Below the pieces are notes generated by a model. The model was given only the letters and a program-made list of their open reading frames with translations, was not told the DNA's origin and ran no database searches. A stretch of 64,000 nt of DNA from Eledone cirrhosa (Eukaryota): positions 46,066,001 through 46,130,000 of the forward strand of contig OZ024742.1 of the NCBI GenBank assembly GCA_964016885.1. The letters are read 5' to 3'. This document shows, piece after piece, positions 40,173 to 53,823 of this stretch. Within the stretch, counting starts at the first letter, position 1, and each line of letters begins with the position of its first letter. The position numbers and the translations under genes are program-made.

Positions 40173-40314
40173 TGAATACACTCAAATCCAAGAAAGAGGA
40201 ACTGCTTACGAATTTAAAGAAAATGAACCAGAACAAACTTCTCTTGAAATTCAGTCATTCAGGATTGGCTCAAATGAGGACTATTCTGTAAGAAATGATA
40301 GCTTAACAGATTTG
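40173..40314 (+). CDS. p53: p53/p63/p73-family gene, second coding exon (NEYTQIQERGTAYEFKENEPEQTSLEIQSFRIGSNEDYSVRNDSLTDL)
   Basis: ttttag| and |gtaaga; phase 2 matches the previous exon; resembles, from memory, squid p53 (NEYTQI.ERG..YE....EP.QTSLEI..RI). Confidence 0.9.
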
Positions 40315-41215
40315 GTAAGATTTTTCTTCTTTTTCTCATTCTGATGTGGAACAGATGGATGTTGTTTCTAATATAGACATCTTATGTAGGGGTTTGAGTT
40401 ATAAGACCAAAAATAGCATTATTTCATTGGGGGTTGGATAATAAAACTGAAAGTGGCAGTGGCATCCTTATGTAGGGGATTAAGTTATAAAACTGAAAAT
40501 GGCATCCTGACAGCTGTAAGACTTAAAATGGTAATTTCTAATCCTTTCAGGATTGAATTTTAAAATATAAATAACATTAGACCGATGACAGCTTGAAAAA
40601 TTGTCTGAATATATTCTTCAGGAAAAAAACAATAATAAAATAATAAAGGTTTAATGTCTTTTAAGAATGTTTATTTTTTAAAGTAAATAATATTTATCAA
40701 ATAAATTAATGATTTTTTTTAAACTATATATTCGGACAGTTTATATTTTAAAATTTACTCTTCTAGTTTCTGTCATTCAGTATTATAATCAGAATCTCTT
40801 CCATAGCCACAATTCTTCAGATAGGGCAGAGGAAATATGATTAGGTCAGTGGTTCCTAAGGGTTCTGCAAAGGAGTGTCTGGGGTTCCTTAAAAAAAGCA
40901 AAGGAGTATATTTATATTACAACCATGTAACAGTATTGGACTTTGGGGTTCCCCCCAAAATTTCTAAACAAAAAAGGGTTCCGTGTTTGAAAAGGTTTGG
41001 GGAACCCTGGATTAAGTGATATTCATGCTTTTAAAAAAAACTGTTATTAGTAATATGTAGAAAGTACAATGACTATAATAAGGAATTCAGACTTAGACAC
41101 AGACTCAGTTTTTTAAGAATTTATATTTATAATGTTACTTTTTAATACAGGTACAATACCGATTTTCTGATACCCTTTGTTCCAGTCCTGTGTTGGATTG
41201 TTTGTTTTACTGGAC

Positions 41216-41554
41216 TCATTTCATTTTATTTTACGTCCGCTTTTTCCCTGCTTGCAAGGGTGGGACAGGAACTGATTCTGGCTTGATTTCTACAGCTGGA
41301 TGCCCTTCCTAACACCAACCTCATTTACAGTGAGTGCTGGGTGCTTTTATGCTGTGGCACCTCCACGACCACTTTGCAGTGGAGTGATATGGACCCCAGT
41401 CCCTATCATCTCATTTCTACAGCTGAGTAAACTGGAGCAATGTGAAATAAAGTGTCTTGCTCAAGGAAACAACACATCACCCGGTCTGAGAATTGAACTC
41501 GCAACCTTTCGATTGCAAGGCCAATGCTCTAACCACTAAGCCATGTGCCTCCAC
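41216..41554 (-). mobile_element. Full-length SINE family A
   Basis: tRNA-like head (TGGCTTAGTGG A-box, GTTCAATTC B-box), tccttgagcaagacac core, RTE-like tail. Confidence 0.9.
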
Positions 41555-41599
41555 ACTATATAATAATTTACTAGAAACATTCTATTTATCTCTCAACTA

Positions 41600-41779
41600 T
41601 AATTGTTTCTACTTTAGGCACAAGGCCAGCAATTATCCAGTGCATTACTGGTACTTTATTTTATCGACCCCGTAAGGATGAAAGGCAAAGTCAACCTCGG
41701 CGGGATTTGAACTCAGATCGTAAAGGGACGTAACTATGCTGGGAAGCATGGCGTCCGACCCTCTACCGATACTGCCAAT
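41600..41779 (-). mobile_element. SINE family B (young)
   Basis: Nearly identical to 37803-37982. Confidence 0.9.
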
Positions 41780-41889
41780 GATATGGAGACACATGTTTAA
41801 AATTAAATCTAACACCTCATGGTAACTTCTTAATGAGAATTAACTAATCAGCTGATAATTATATCTGGTTATAAAGAGCTGCCATACCA

Positions 41890-42125
41890 TAGGTTGTAGC
41901 TGGTGTTGTACCTGTATTAACAATTGGTGTTGCACCTGTAATAACAATTGGTGTTGTACCTATATTTACTGGTAGTGCATTTGTATTAACATTGTTATTG
42001 TACCTGATTAACTGGTGGTGTTGTAGCTCTATTAACTGATGGTGATGTAGCTGTATTAATAGCTGTTGTACCTGTATTAGCAATTAGTATTGTAATACTT
42101 GCATTAACAATTAATGTACCTGTAA
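41890..42125. repeat. Degenerate ~24-bp minisatellite (GGTGTTGTACCTGTATTAACAATT)
   Basis: Directly visible. Confidence 0.75.
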
Positions 42126-42274
42126 TCACAATTCAGTTTTAAATTGAAAGGAAAAAGTATTGTCTTGAAATTAAATGTGATAAAAAAGAACCTTATCTTA
42201 AAGAATACCTTAAGATGATTTTTATCAAGTTTAGTTCTTAACATTAACAGTGTAGTTCCATAACTTCATAGATA

Positions 42275-42790
42275 CAAGAGTTTTCAGGTTGTCTTCCCTG
42301 CTAAAGCAGGGATAACCTTGCAGGCCCCATGAGAAACTTCTCCATTTTGCCCTAATATCTGTATCCCTCTCACCAAACTTCTTGCTTCCAGTTTCTCCCC
42401 CATCATCTTTAGCCATGTCTTTCTTGGTCTTCCTCTACTTCCTCTCACATTCATTGCCATCACTCTTCTCACCCTGTCATTTTCATCCTTCCTTGACACA
42501 TGACCCAACCATTTCTTTCCATTTCTCTTCATAACATTCATCACTGGTTCTATTCCCATCATCCTCATCCAATTCATTGTTCATCTTTCTATCTCAGCAT
42601 TACCCAACTCATTCCTTGGACCATTCTCATTTCCTTTCTCTTCAGCCTTCTGCTGATCCCCATTTATCCTCCATGTCTCACTCACATAAATCAATCATGG
42701 CTCTTCTCACACAGGTAGTGTTTCATCTCACCTCATTATCTCACAACCCAGTTCCTGGAATTTCTTCATGTATTTCTCACTCTAGATACT
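42275..42790 (-). mobile_element. Degenerate RTE 3' fragment
   Basis: WLGHVSRKDE..V.GSRGRPRKTW. Confidence 0.75.
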
Positions 42791-43379
42791 GATCTACCTT
42801 ATTCATTCAACACTTTAAAGGTATTTTTTTGAAGCATTGTTTTATGGCTGGATGCCCTTCCTGCTACCAACTCTTAGTTGCCCCTTATCGTATACAGAGA
42901 TACAGTGAATATATACTTGTATGTTAATTGACTTAACGGAAAGGCTCAACTGTATAATTTAAAAAAATATTTTTAGCATCATACATTTTAAGGACATTTT
43001 TCCTTCTAATGTTGGCTCTATGGCAGTAATTTTTATAATTGTCCTGGTTCCATGGCAGTTTTCTTATAATTGTCATGGTTCTCTGTTTTACAGCTGGATG
43101 CTCTTCTTGTCGACAAACTTTTTAGTTACTTACCTCCTATAACACTGAGATATGGTGAACCTATCCTAAAACTGCTAAATTCTGAATTATTTTAATAAAC
43201 TTAGATTTGAATTAAAATAAAATGTATTAACAGTAGATTTGCAAAATGTTTTACTAAAACTATGTATTAATTATTTTGATTATATTGAAACTGTCTTCTG
43301 GAAGATCAGTTGGCTGTTTAAGTTGTTTTATTTCTGTAATTCTAAGTTGAATCCTTTATTTTTTTTATCATTCTTCTAG

Positions 43380-43412
43380 CTTGTCACAGGATCAACAGGC
43401 TTAGCTCAGTTG
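43380..43412 (+). CDS. p53: Candidate 33-nt phase-0 microexon of the p53-family gene (LVTGSTGLAQL)
   Basis: Strong pyrimidine tract, ttctag|, |gtaagt; frame-preserving. Confidence 0.6.
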
Positions 43413-43462
43413 GTAAGTTCTTTTGGGTTATGACAAATTTTTAGTTGTAATTATATTGTGGT

Positions 43463-43725
43463 AGTGAAGGCGTATGGCTGAGTGGTTAGAGAATTGGATT
43501 CACTATCGTGAGGTTGTAAACATGATTCCTGAGCAGGGCAATGCGTTATGTCCTTGAGCAAGACACTTTATTTCACGTTGCTCCTTCTGCCTGGGGTTGC
43601 CACTGGTAGATAGTATTAGCAATTGGAAAAACCAATGGAAACATTGTTTCCTCAGTCTGATTTGATGAGCTCCACCCCACTTGTTAAGCGAATAAGGTGT
43701 GGAATCTTGTTGATCGACTGTTATA
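43463..43725 (+). mobile_element. SINE with family-A head and alternative tail
   Basis: Head gtgaaggcgtatggctgagtggttaga; tail tagatagtattagcaat..gaaacattgtttcctcagtctgatttg shared with 44267-44450. Confidence 0.8.
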
Positions 43726-44149
43726 TATATATTGAGATTTTGTTAGTGAAATGAATTTAAAAAAAATTATATCTTTTTCTAATTTGTTTTTTATACTTGC
43801 TGCAAATTTTCAGATGTCAAGAAAAAATGTATTTCAAATATTTTCACTCTTGATCATATCTACTTTGGAATAAAACAACTTTTAATGTTGGTGCTACTAT
43901 ACAATATATTTGGTAAACTACGTAAAATGGTTGGTAACATGACGTTAGGAAGGGCATCCAGCTGTATAAAACCTGCTAAAAAGGTTAGAGAAGACACTTC
44001 AGTTTTCTTCTTTAAGTCCATTCATATTCCCTGCTATTAACAGCAGGTTATCTATGTTCAGCAATTCCCATGGAAAACCCTTCTTTACACTCTGGGCCAG
44101 GCATAACATGTTGAAGAATTTTTGTTTTTATTTTAAATTAATTTGATAG

Positions 44150-44188
<39 letters not shown>

Positions 44189-44226
44189 AACCTCACAATT
44201 GCGAATCCAATCAGCCATGCGCCTTC

Positions 44227-44266
<40 letters not shown>

Positions 44267-44271
<5 letters not shown>

Positions 44272-44450
44272 TGATTGGATTCGCAATTGTGAGGTTGTGA
44301 GTTCGATTCCTGGACCGGGTGATGTGTTATGTCCTTGAGAAAAGCACTTTATTTCATGTTGCAACCAATAGATAGTATTAGCAATGGAAAGACCAATGGA
44401 AACATTGTTTCCTCAGTCTGATTTGTTGAAAGTCGATTGACTGTCGATAT
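44267..44450 (+). mobile_element. SINE, same subfamily as 43463-43725
   Basis: B-box gagttcgattcc and shared tail. Confidence 0.8.
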
Positions 44451-44767
44451 ATTTTTTAAATTGTTAGTTATCATCATCATCATTTTACGTCTGCTTTTCA
44501 TAAAATGATGATGATGTATGATTTAACAGAAAATATCTAAAAATGGGTTTGTTAATTCAAATTTTTATCAGTGGACAAATAGTTATGAAAATTTGCAGTG
44601 TTAAATAAAGGCTATAATGTTTCATGAAATGCAATTATAGTGCTTTAAAAATATTTTTTTCATTACTTTTTAAGAATATCCAACTAATGTGGGTTTTTTT
44701 AATGGTATAGGACATCAGTAATTAAAATAAATTCTACAATACATTCATATAGAATATCTATGACACA

Positions 44768-45080
44768 CTGGCTTAGTGGTTAGAGCATTGGCCTTGCAAT
44801 CGGAAGGTTGTGAGTTCAATTCTCAGACCGGGTGATGTGTTGTTTCCTTGAGCAAGGCACTTTATTTCACATTGCTCCAGTTTACTCAGCTGTAGAAATG
44901 AGATCATTCCACTGCAAAGTGGCCGTGGAGGTGCCACGGCAAAAAAAGCACCCAGCACTCACTGTAAATGAGGTTGGTGTTAGGAAGGGCATCCAGCTGT
45001 AGAAATCATGCCAGAATCAGTTCCCGTCCCACCCTTGCAAGCAGGGAAAAATGGACGTAAAATGAAATGAAATGAAATGA
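44768..45080 (+). mobile_element. SINE family A
   Basis: Matches 41216-41554 apart from one internal deletion; (TGAAA)n tail. Confidence 0.9.
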
Positions 45081-46144
45081 CTGAAAGTATAATCTTAGTG
45101 AATAAAACAATAATGTTTATAGTAACTTTACTAATAAGCAGATTAACAAAATTTACAGTAAACTTTAATTTGTTAGTGCGATGCAGTGCTGTTTTTGTAT
45201 GCCTTCATTTGTTTTCTCACAGTAAAGACACTAAAAGTTAATATATAATATTGACTTCCTGTCCAAGAATTGATTATAAAAACATATAACTAAGACTGTC
45301 ATTTGCCTTATCTAGAATGTAAACAAATCTAAATCAAACCATGCTCCCCATGAACTTAAGCAAACATAAATCATAACCCTACAATCACATATACACAGCA
45401 TCAGCCATAAATTAAATTCAAACATGTCCTTTTAAACCATATGCCATGCCTCTCAATAAAACAACTACCAACCAATCTGTTCTAATTACTAGTATGAGGG
45501 CAATGGATGTATCAGGTAGTGACTACTATCTAAGATTCATAAGTTTAGTTATTGTGTTGTGGCTTTCTTCTTTTCTCTTGTCATTCCTGATGGAGTTGTA
45601 GTGATATACAGTGTTTCTTGGTCACATTAAACCTGTCAGAGCCCATCTTTTCTCCAGGTCTGAACTCTGAATTTCTTCTCTGGGGGCTTACATATGCCAT
45701 CTAAACAATGTGTTGATTAGCTGCCTTATATATGGGGTTTGGATTATTGCCGTTTCTCAGACATAAAATAGGAGGGTCAGATTATATTTGAGAATAGACG
45801 GTAAATTTAGATATTGTCTCAAAACATCATGTACAACCCATGCCAGCATGGAAAAGGGAATATAAAAATGGTGCTGATGATGCGCACACACAGACCCACA
45901 CAAACAGGCACACACACACACCACACACATATGTATTAGGAACAATTAATTGTTTATATACTTTTAGCCCTTCTAAATGTTTTTGTCTACTATTTTCTCC
46001 TGGGAAATGTGAATGTTTGATTTATGATGAACATCAGATATGATTCCTTTTCTTATAAAATATAAAAAAATACTTATTCAATTGTTTGCTAAAAATTATT
46101 TTGTTGAGATATTTTTTTAGATTTCTCTTGACATTATTAATTTC

Positions 46145-46183
<39 letters not shown>

Positions 46184-47149
46184 TTGTGTATCTTTTCCTT
46201 CAGATAACCACTTTTTGTTTTGTATTTGATTGAATTATCTCCTTTTCTATCTGGCTACTTCTATAACTGAACAGAAGCTCCAGTATATTGTGCTGATATT
46301 TCTTTAGCATAGGTAAAAATAATCATTTACTCAAGGCAAATGATAAAAAGAAATCCCCTTTCTTTCACTTTTCAACATCTTCTTTTAATGTGTCTTTTAT
46401 TCTCGATTCAAAGATGGCAAATCACCATGAATGCTTATTGTTTACAACATCATCTACTGTCTATTTTCTTACAAGACAAAAATCTTTTCTATTGTTGGAA
46501 TATTAATATAATCTCAAACCAGACTTTTCTCTTTTGAAGGAGCCATTTTACCCATTATCTTTATGACTTAGCTTAGCTTATGCACGTCATTAAAAGCTCA
46601 CTTGTATGACACCAAACCTATTTTATCTTTTAATATTATAGATTATAAATGCTTATAAAAATCAATCTTTGTATATTTATGTCTGACCATTCTTGTTGAA
46701 TACGACTAATATCTTTTTTTGTGTGTTGTTTTTTTATATTTGTCTTCAAAATTCTTTGTGACATATTTACATGGCTTTTAGTCAGCAAACCAGAAACATG
46801 GATATCTAATTCAGCAATTTGTTATTTTCATACACATTTCCATTTCTATTATGTGTGTAAGTGGTTTATATTTGCTAATAACCTTCTTTTAAAAGGAAAC
46901 TGTTCTATTTATATGACTGCCACACGTTAGTTTTTGTAATACTTTGTTTTATATTGTGCCACTGTAGTTAGGATACATGAATAGATATTAAATAGATATG
47001 TTGTACAGATAAAGTAATCTAATTATTTAATTTTTATCACTTTAACTGCTTGTCTTAATTATTATTAACTTATACAACTATAAATTGTTTTATAATAATT
47101 CATTATGACTATCTGCTTTGGTTTAGTTCTTTACCCATTTTGATATCTG

Positions 47150-47740
47150 CTCACCCCAAACCCTTATGGTTCTGATACTATATTTTCACAATAAAGGCTT
47201 TACCTCACATAATTATCTCACATAATATTGCATCTATGAGATCTTGATGTTATTTATTTTGAGAACAATACCTTAACATTTGTATGAGCGGCCAATTACA
47301 GCCGGTTTGAACAGAAAGAGGTGAGAGAATTCTAGTTGGATACATCCGGTTTTAAGTAAAACCGTGGCAACGTAATTTAATACAAAAACCATCTGTTATG
47401 TTACTAATAGCATCCTAATAATTTTAGTAAATTCTTCCAAATTCTTAATTAATTGAAATACTATGTATTTTATTAGAGTAATGAAGAATTTTGAGAGATT
47501 TACTAAAATAATTATTTTGTTATACTAAGATAGCAACTCACATTACGCTATATATACTATTATATTTTCAAGGTAAAGGCTTTACCTCACATAATTATCT
47601 CACGTAATATCGAATTTATGAGATTTTGAAAGTATTTATTTTGAGAACAATACCATAACATCAGTATGAGTGGCCAGTTACAGCCAGTTTCAACAGAAAG
47701 AGGTAGAGAATTCTGGCCGGTTTGAACATTAAAGGGTTAA
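47150..47740. mobile_element. Non-autonomous DNA element with ~150-bp internal direct repeats, ending AGGGTTAA
   Basis: taaaggctttacctcacataattatctca..aacagaaagaggt at ~47192-47335 and ~47574-47715. Confidence 0.55.
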
Positions 47741-47983
47741 CATATGGTTCTTATATAATTTAGAGAGGTTTTTTTAATATAACTTTCTCATTATCAAACT
47801 GGTTTGGAACATATTCTGCCTCCATATGCATGCATGAATGTGTGTCCGTGTCTGTGTGTATATCATGGCTCATACACTGTTCACTTTCTTGACATTTTTA
47901 CATTATTCTATGTACTATACATGCACCTTTGATGAGTTGTAGCGCACCTGAGCACTACACAATAATTTTCATTATTATAAAAT

Positions 47984-48179
47984 TGGTGGGGGGGATTGGC
48001 AGTATCGGTAGAGGGTCGGACGCCATGCTTTGACGCATAGAGTTACAGCCCTTGCCATTCTGAGTTCAAATCCTGCCAAGGTTAACTTTGCCTTTCATCC
48101 TTACGGGGTCGATAAAATAAAGTACCAGTAATACACTGGGTAATTGCTGGCCTTGTGCCAAAAGTAGAAACAATTATTA
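47984..48179 (+). mobile_element. SINE family B
   Basis: ggattggcagtatcggtagag head, B-box, core; further copy at 56252-56477. Confidence 0.9.
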
Positions 48180-50246
48180 TAAAATTTCTTACATAAACTT
48201 ATGATGGAAGGTTTTTAGATAAATATAATAAGCATTGTAAAATAAAGTTTTGTACACTCTGTTAAGTGGTAGTGTTAGTACCATGATAAAATGCACCCAG
48301 TACACTCTGTAAAGTCATAGTGCTGGTGCCACAATAATATACACACACAGTATACTGTAAAGTTTAGTGCGGATGCCACAATCATGGCATTTCACTTGGC
48401 ATTAGAAATGTTTTCAGTGCCCATCTCTCCAAATTTTGAAATAAAACTAAAAAAAAAATTCCTACATAAAATTATAATGGGGGATTTAAACTTAAAAATA
48501 GATGGGTTTATATATTATAGAATCAGAATTGGTTTCAGGCAAGTTAGTGTTCAAAAGGTTAAAAAAAATGTTCTCACAACTCTTGCTATCATGGATAAAA
48601 TCAATGTTTAGCTTCTGTTGATGGTGAATAATAATCATGTTACTTAGCTTATAGTAGCTCATAAATATACTTTGTTTCATAACGTTTTAATGTAAATTCT
48701 CTATTCACACATTTTAAGTATTAATTTAGAGTAGGTAATAGTGAAGTAAATTACAATAACATGGTTATTATCATGTACAGGGAAATTTATGTGACTATGT
48801 TTGTAATTTGTAATATATCATATTTTACCATGCACACTGTTGCTGACATCAACAATAGTTGTTAAGGAGACTCTGTCCAGATTTGCTTGAGTAGTAGGGG
48901 AATATAACTAGTTATGTGAACACCTTAGGAACAGCTCACAGCTGTAACAAACCATTTGAATTCATGAGGTGTAAACCAATAATTCAATATTTCAATCAAT
49001 CAGTTACAATGGCTACAGATGCAGGGGAAAAAAAAGATATTATCATGTTACATAAGTTAATACTTAATGAATTCAATCATTTTAAAGTCTTATTTTACAC
49101 TTTGGTATTAGGTAGGTTTACAATACAGTATTTCTCCATATGTCATACTCTGTGTCAGCTCATATGTAAGCCTCAGTGTTTTTTTGTGAGATTTTATTAC
49201 TTTATCTCAAAACTATTCCTTCTATCTCTACTGAGCCTCAGTGTGTTTTGTTTAATTTATTGTATATACTTGTATATAAGCCGAGAAATATGTTACAAAA
49301 ACAAAATCAATGGTAAAATTGGGATGGGGAGGGGGGGCGCCTGCTTATTTAAGGCCAATATTTTTCCTGATTTTTTATCGTCTTTGAATTTATGTAAATG
49401 AGCTGCTAAAATATTTTTGTATAGGAGGTGAATTGTATGGGTTTCAGTTTGGAGGTGATATTTGTTTTTTATGTTTTGAACGAATATGGCCTTCAAAATA
49501 GTCAGAAATTGGTAAGGAATCATTAGGTAATGGATTTGTGAAGCCAAAACTATACTGCAAACCAGTGATTCTGAACATGGGCCCAAGAAAAATTTTAAAA
49601 TGGCCAAAGGAAAATAGGTAGGCTTTGAAATTCTATATTTTTTCCACATAAAATTATAGAAAGACTCCAGAAGCAGTGTAGTCATTAGTCAGGGTTTATA
49701 TTTTCTACTACATTCTACTTTTGTAAATAAAATATATTTCCTGTTACATGGATTTTCTATTTGTGCTTATGTGGGCCTGACATTTTTTTGACACCTTTTT
49801 TGAAACTTCATTAATATTCTCCACTCATGAGATTTTCAGAATTGTACCATCTAAATATGTGTTGATTAGCTGCCTCAGCTTATACAAGGGATTTCAATTT
49901 TTGCTCATTTCTCCAGACATGAAATGGGGTAGGCTTATAGTTGAATTTGCTTATTTTCAAGTATATGTGGTCATTACTTCATCTCAACATTACATTTCTA
50001 CTACCTCTATTAAGGCTCAGTGTGTTTTGTTTGACCTAATTACTTCATCAATACAATATTGCAACTGCCTCTCTATTTCTGTCCACATTTAAATGTAAGA
50101 TGATAGAATAGCAAAACAAAGTGAAAATTAGTGTTGTAATATAATATCAAAGTTTTAGTTGTCAGGCCTTAAAACAGCAATGCTAACTTGAAATTAGTGT
50201 TGTAATGTAGTTTCAAAATAAGAGTAAATTTACATACAAAACATAC

Positions 50247-50790
50247 AGAACATTGACCGCCTGGAAACTGTTCAGAGACATGCAACCAAGCGAATACCCT
50301 CCATCAGGCATCTACCATACTCTGAGCGCCTTGCTTCCCTGGGCATGGATACATTGAAGCTCCGACGTCTGGCAACTGACTTGGTAAACACCCACAAAAT
50401 TGTTAACCATCTTGCCAACAGCAACCCTGAGTACCTTTTTGATTTCCATGTGTCTAGCACACGTGGGCATGCCCACAAAGTCAGAAAACAGTACAGTTCC
50501 CATGACTTTCGGAAACATTTTTTCACGCTCAGAGTTGCTGAAGCATGAAACGAACTACTTGCATCTTTTGTTAGCTGTCGAGACACTGCATCCTTTAAGG
50601 CCGCCATGCTTCCCGAGATTCTCCAACACTACACCTAATGTTCCCCCTCCATACACATACACACATGTATATCATGACTCATACACTATTCACTTCCCTG
50701 ACATTTGTGTATTATTCTATGTACTATACATGCACCTTTGACGAGTTGTAGTGCACCTGAGCACTACACAATAATTTCATTATTATTATT
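50247..50790 (+). mobile_element. CR1 LINE 3' fragment
   Basis: High identity to 22622-23153; (ATT)n tail. Confidence 0.92.
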
Positions 50791-51924
50791 AAAAACCTAT
50801 TTCTTCTTGAATCAATCTACAAAAAAAAAAAAAAAAATCATGTCAACTCTCCCTCAAATCACATGTCTTTAAGAATGAGGATCATAGTGAAAAATTAGTT
50901 GTAAAAGCAATGATAACAAAAATTAAGAATGGATGGTCATGGTTAGAACCTCATTGATCATAAATTAGTCTGTACTGATAAATTATTTTTTTCTTTTTTT
51001 TTCTCAAAGTAATTTTAATGAAATTTTAAAATTTATACAATGAAAATAACGATATTTTAATATTTCAACCAGGTGTTGGGTCTGAAGGTAAAGCCTTAGT
51101 AAATATTTTCTACAATAAATACATGGGTGATGTCGCCAATCCAACCAGTATTTTGTATTCTACCTACTTGGAAGTCTTGGAAAGAAATGGAGATACAATT
51201 TGTGGTTTTCAGTGAATTTAATCATTATGAATTCTTTTATTGTATTCACTAAAAGCCACTAGGATTCGCCACCACCAAAAGACTACTGCCACATGAAATT
51301 TTGTGTGGATGTTGAATCACAGTTACACTTCCTGTTAACATATAGCTGAGAGAAAATGAAAATTAACTGAAGTAGATGTAAACAGAAAATATTGATTTTC
51401 ATAAGTTAGAAAAAATTAATGGGAGGAAGCAAGCGCTTTTTTCAAAAGAGAAAATCTGCTAAAGGTTATCAGATAGAAACATCTTCATGTATTCCTTTTG
51501 TAAAGTGCTTTGGTCAATTTTATGATGGAAATATTGCCTGACAATATTAATTATGCTGTTAAGAAAAAAAATTATTTGGATAAAAATTATATGCGAAAGC
51601 CAGAAATATGTATTGATTTTTTTGTATGTACATACCTGTATTCACCTGTATCATACCTGTTAATGAACTTTTTTTTATTAGGCACATTGAGTAAGCGTAC
51701 AGTGCCAATAGTGTATATATATGTGTGTGTGTATATATATACATATATATTGTGTGCATATATGTGTATATGTATATATATATGATTGTATATACCTGTC
51801 TGTGTGTATATACATATATATATATATATATAAACACGGTGTCCCCAAAATGTATACACATTTATTAAAATGCTGTTGAAGTGTGTGTACATTTTTATGG
51901 GATATTGTGTGCGTGTTTATATAT

Positions 51925-52200
51925 GCCTGCTTGGTCCTGTAACTCCCGAGGGAGTCGTAGGGGTGGCATATTCACATACAGCATTCCTAGGGCATTTTAA
52001 AACCTGGCAGAGCCCAATCCTCTCCAGGTCTAAAAACAGCAGATTTCTTCCAGAGAAGGATAGAGAGTGAGAGAATGGAAGTGAGAAAGAGATATAGAGG
52101 AAGAATCGACCCAGCACTTGACTGTTAATTTTTTATTGACCTCAAATGGATGAAAGACAAAGTTGACATTGGCAGGATTTGAACTCAGAGAGCTGAAATG
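51925..52200 (-). mobile_element. SINE with family-B head and alternative tail
   Basis: Reverse complement resembles 63397-63735. Confidence 0.7.
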
Positions 52201-52270
52201 AATACCACAAACAATTCACCTTAATTACACGCACGCACGCACACACACGCACACACGCACACACACGCAC

Positions 52271-52308
<38 letters not shown>

Positions 52309-52953
52309 GTGATTGTGTAGGTGTCAACAAAAAGCACCCACACTATAAAGTGGTCCTGTAGGTATCACAACAAAAAGCATCCAGCACACTGTAAATGATG
52401 GTGGTGTTAGGAAGGGCATCCAGCTGTAGAAACCAAGTCAAAAGCAGTTCTGTGTGTGAAGGCATGGTCACCTGATCTGGCATTTCTCACAACAGGACAA
52501 CTTGTCTAACCCCTCCTAGTATAGAAAAATGGATGTTAAACTGTGATGATAATGATGATGACACACATGCACCTGCACACCAGGCTTCTGCATTTTCTGT
52601 CAAACCAAATTCCATTCACAAGGTATTGGTCCATCTGAGGCATTAGTAGAAGACGATTTATATATAATGTATGTATGTATGCATGTATATGTGCATGGAC
52701 TTGTAACTCCTGATGGAGTTAAAGGGCACTGTTATGACATTGATTGGATTTGATCTCTGCACACAAGCATCAGTAAATACCAAGTATTTTAATCAGACAC
52801 CGTAACAACTCTGCCAACTAATTCTGGAAACATTGGGTTAACTGAAATATTTTCCAATTACTCCATCATCGTCATCATATTAATAATGAAATAATTATCT
52901 GTAAGTCTTTTACTTTCTTTACATATATTAATACATCATCATCATATCAGTAA

Positions 52954-53823
52954 CTAGCAGTGGTACTCGGCGTTGCACGGGATAAGGTATTTTGGAACGC
53001 GGGCCGCCAACAGAGCTAATCGTGGAAAAACTGGACAATATGTAAAGAAAATAAACCGAATACTCTGATGACTGGATAATCTTTAAGATTTTACTAGATG
53101 AAGCAGGAAAAATGCAGGTTTTCACCTAATGCAGGCCCTAGGGGATCAAGAAAATGAATTTTTTATGTGCATAATATGCCTTGACATTTCTGGAAAATCG
53201 GCTAGACGTAACGCCTCAAAAAGGCTCTAAAAATCTGAAAAAATGAAGTTTTTCACCTAATGCGGGCCCTAGGCCATAAAAAAGTTGGATTTTCTTTGCT
53301 CACAGTATGAAGAAGAGACTGACTAATACAAAGTTACAATTTCAAGGAAATCAATCTGACGTAACACCTCAAAAAAACCCTAAAAACCTGAAAAAAAAAA
53401 CCGGAGTTTTTCACCTAATGTGGGCCCTAGGGATCAAAGAGTTGAATTTTTTTATGTGCATAACACTCCCTGAAACATAAGTAATACACACGTAAAGTTT
53501 GAAAAAAGTCAGTTGGGTATTTCTCGAGTTTTAGGGATTCACACACGCACGCGCGGACAGAAGTGACACAATGCAGACATACAGACAGATATAAGGGCGC
53601 GACGTTATATCTATCTAAAAAAGAGAAAGACTAAGAATTATAGAGAGAGATCGCCTAATGCGGTCCCTAGGACATTGAAAATTTGAAATATTTTTGCTCA
53701 GAACACTCCCTGGAACATAAGTTTTACATGTGTCAAGTTTGAAAACAGTTGGTTGGGTGGTTCTCTAGTTTTAGGGATTCAAACTCACACACACAGACAC
53801 ATCCTCAGTTTTATATATATAGA
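52954..53823 (-). mobile_element. Complete non-autonomous Helitron (870 bp)
   Basis: Minus strand starts A|TC and ends CCCGTGCAACGCCGAG...CTAG|T; no TSD; 4 internal cctaatgcgggccctagg repeats. Confidence 0.88.

Noticed and set aside
43814-43873. Extra p53-family exon after a good ttttcag acceptor
   Set aside because: In-frame stop after 19 codons, no convincing donor, no similarity
44768-44835. tRNA gene
   Set aside because: A/B boxes belong to a SINE head that continues into core and tail; no acceptor stem
48916-49685. 161-aa and 130-aa ORFs
   Set aside because: Low-complexity AT-rich translations with no recognisable motif or splice context
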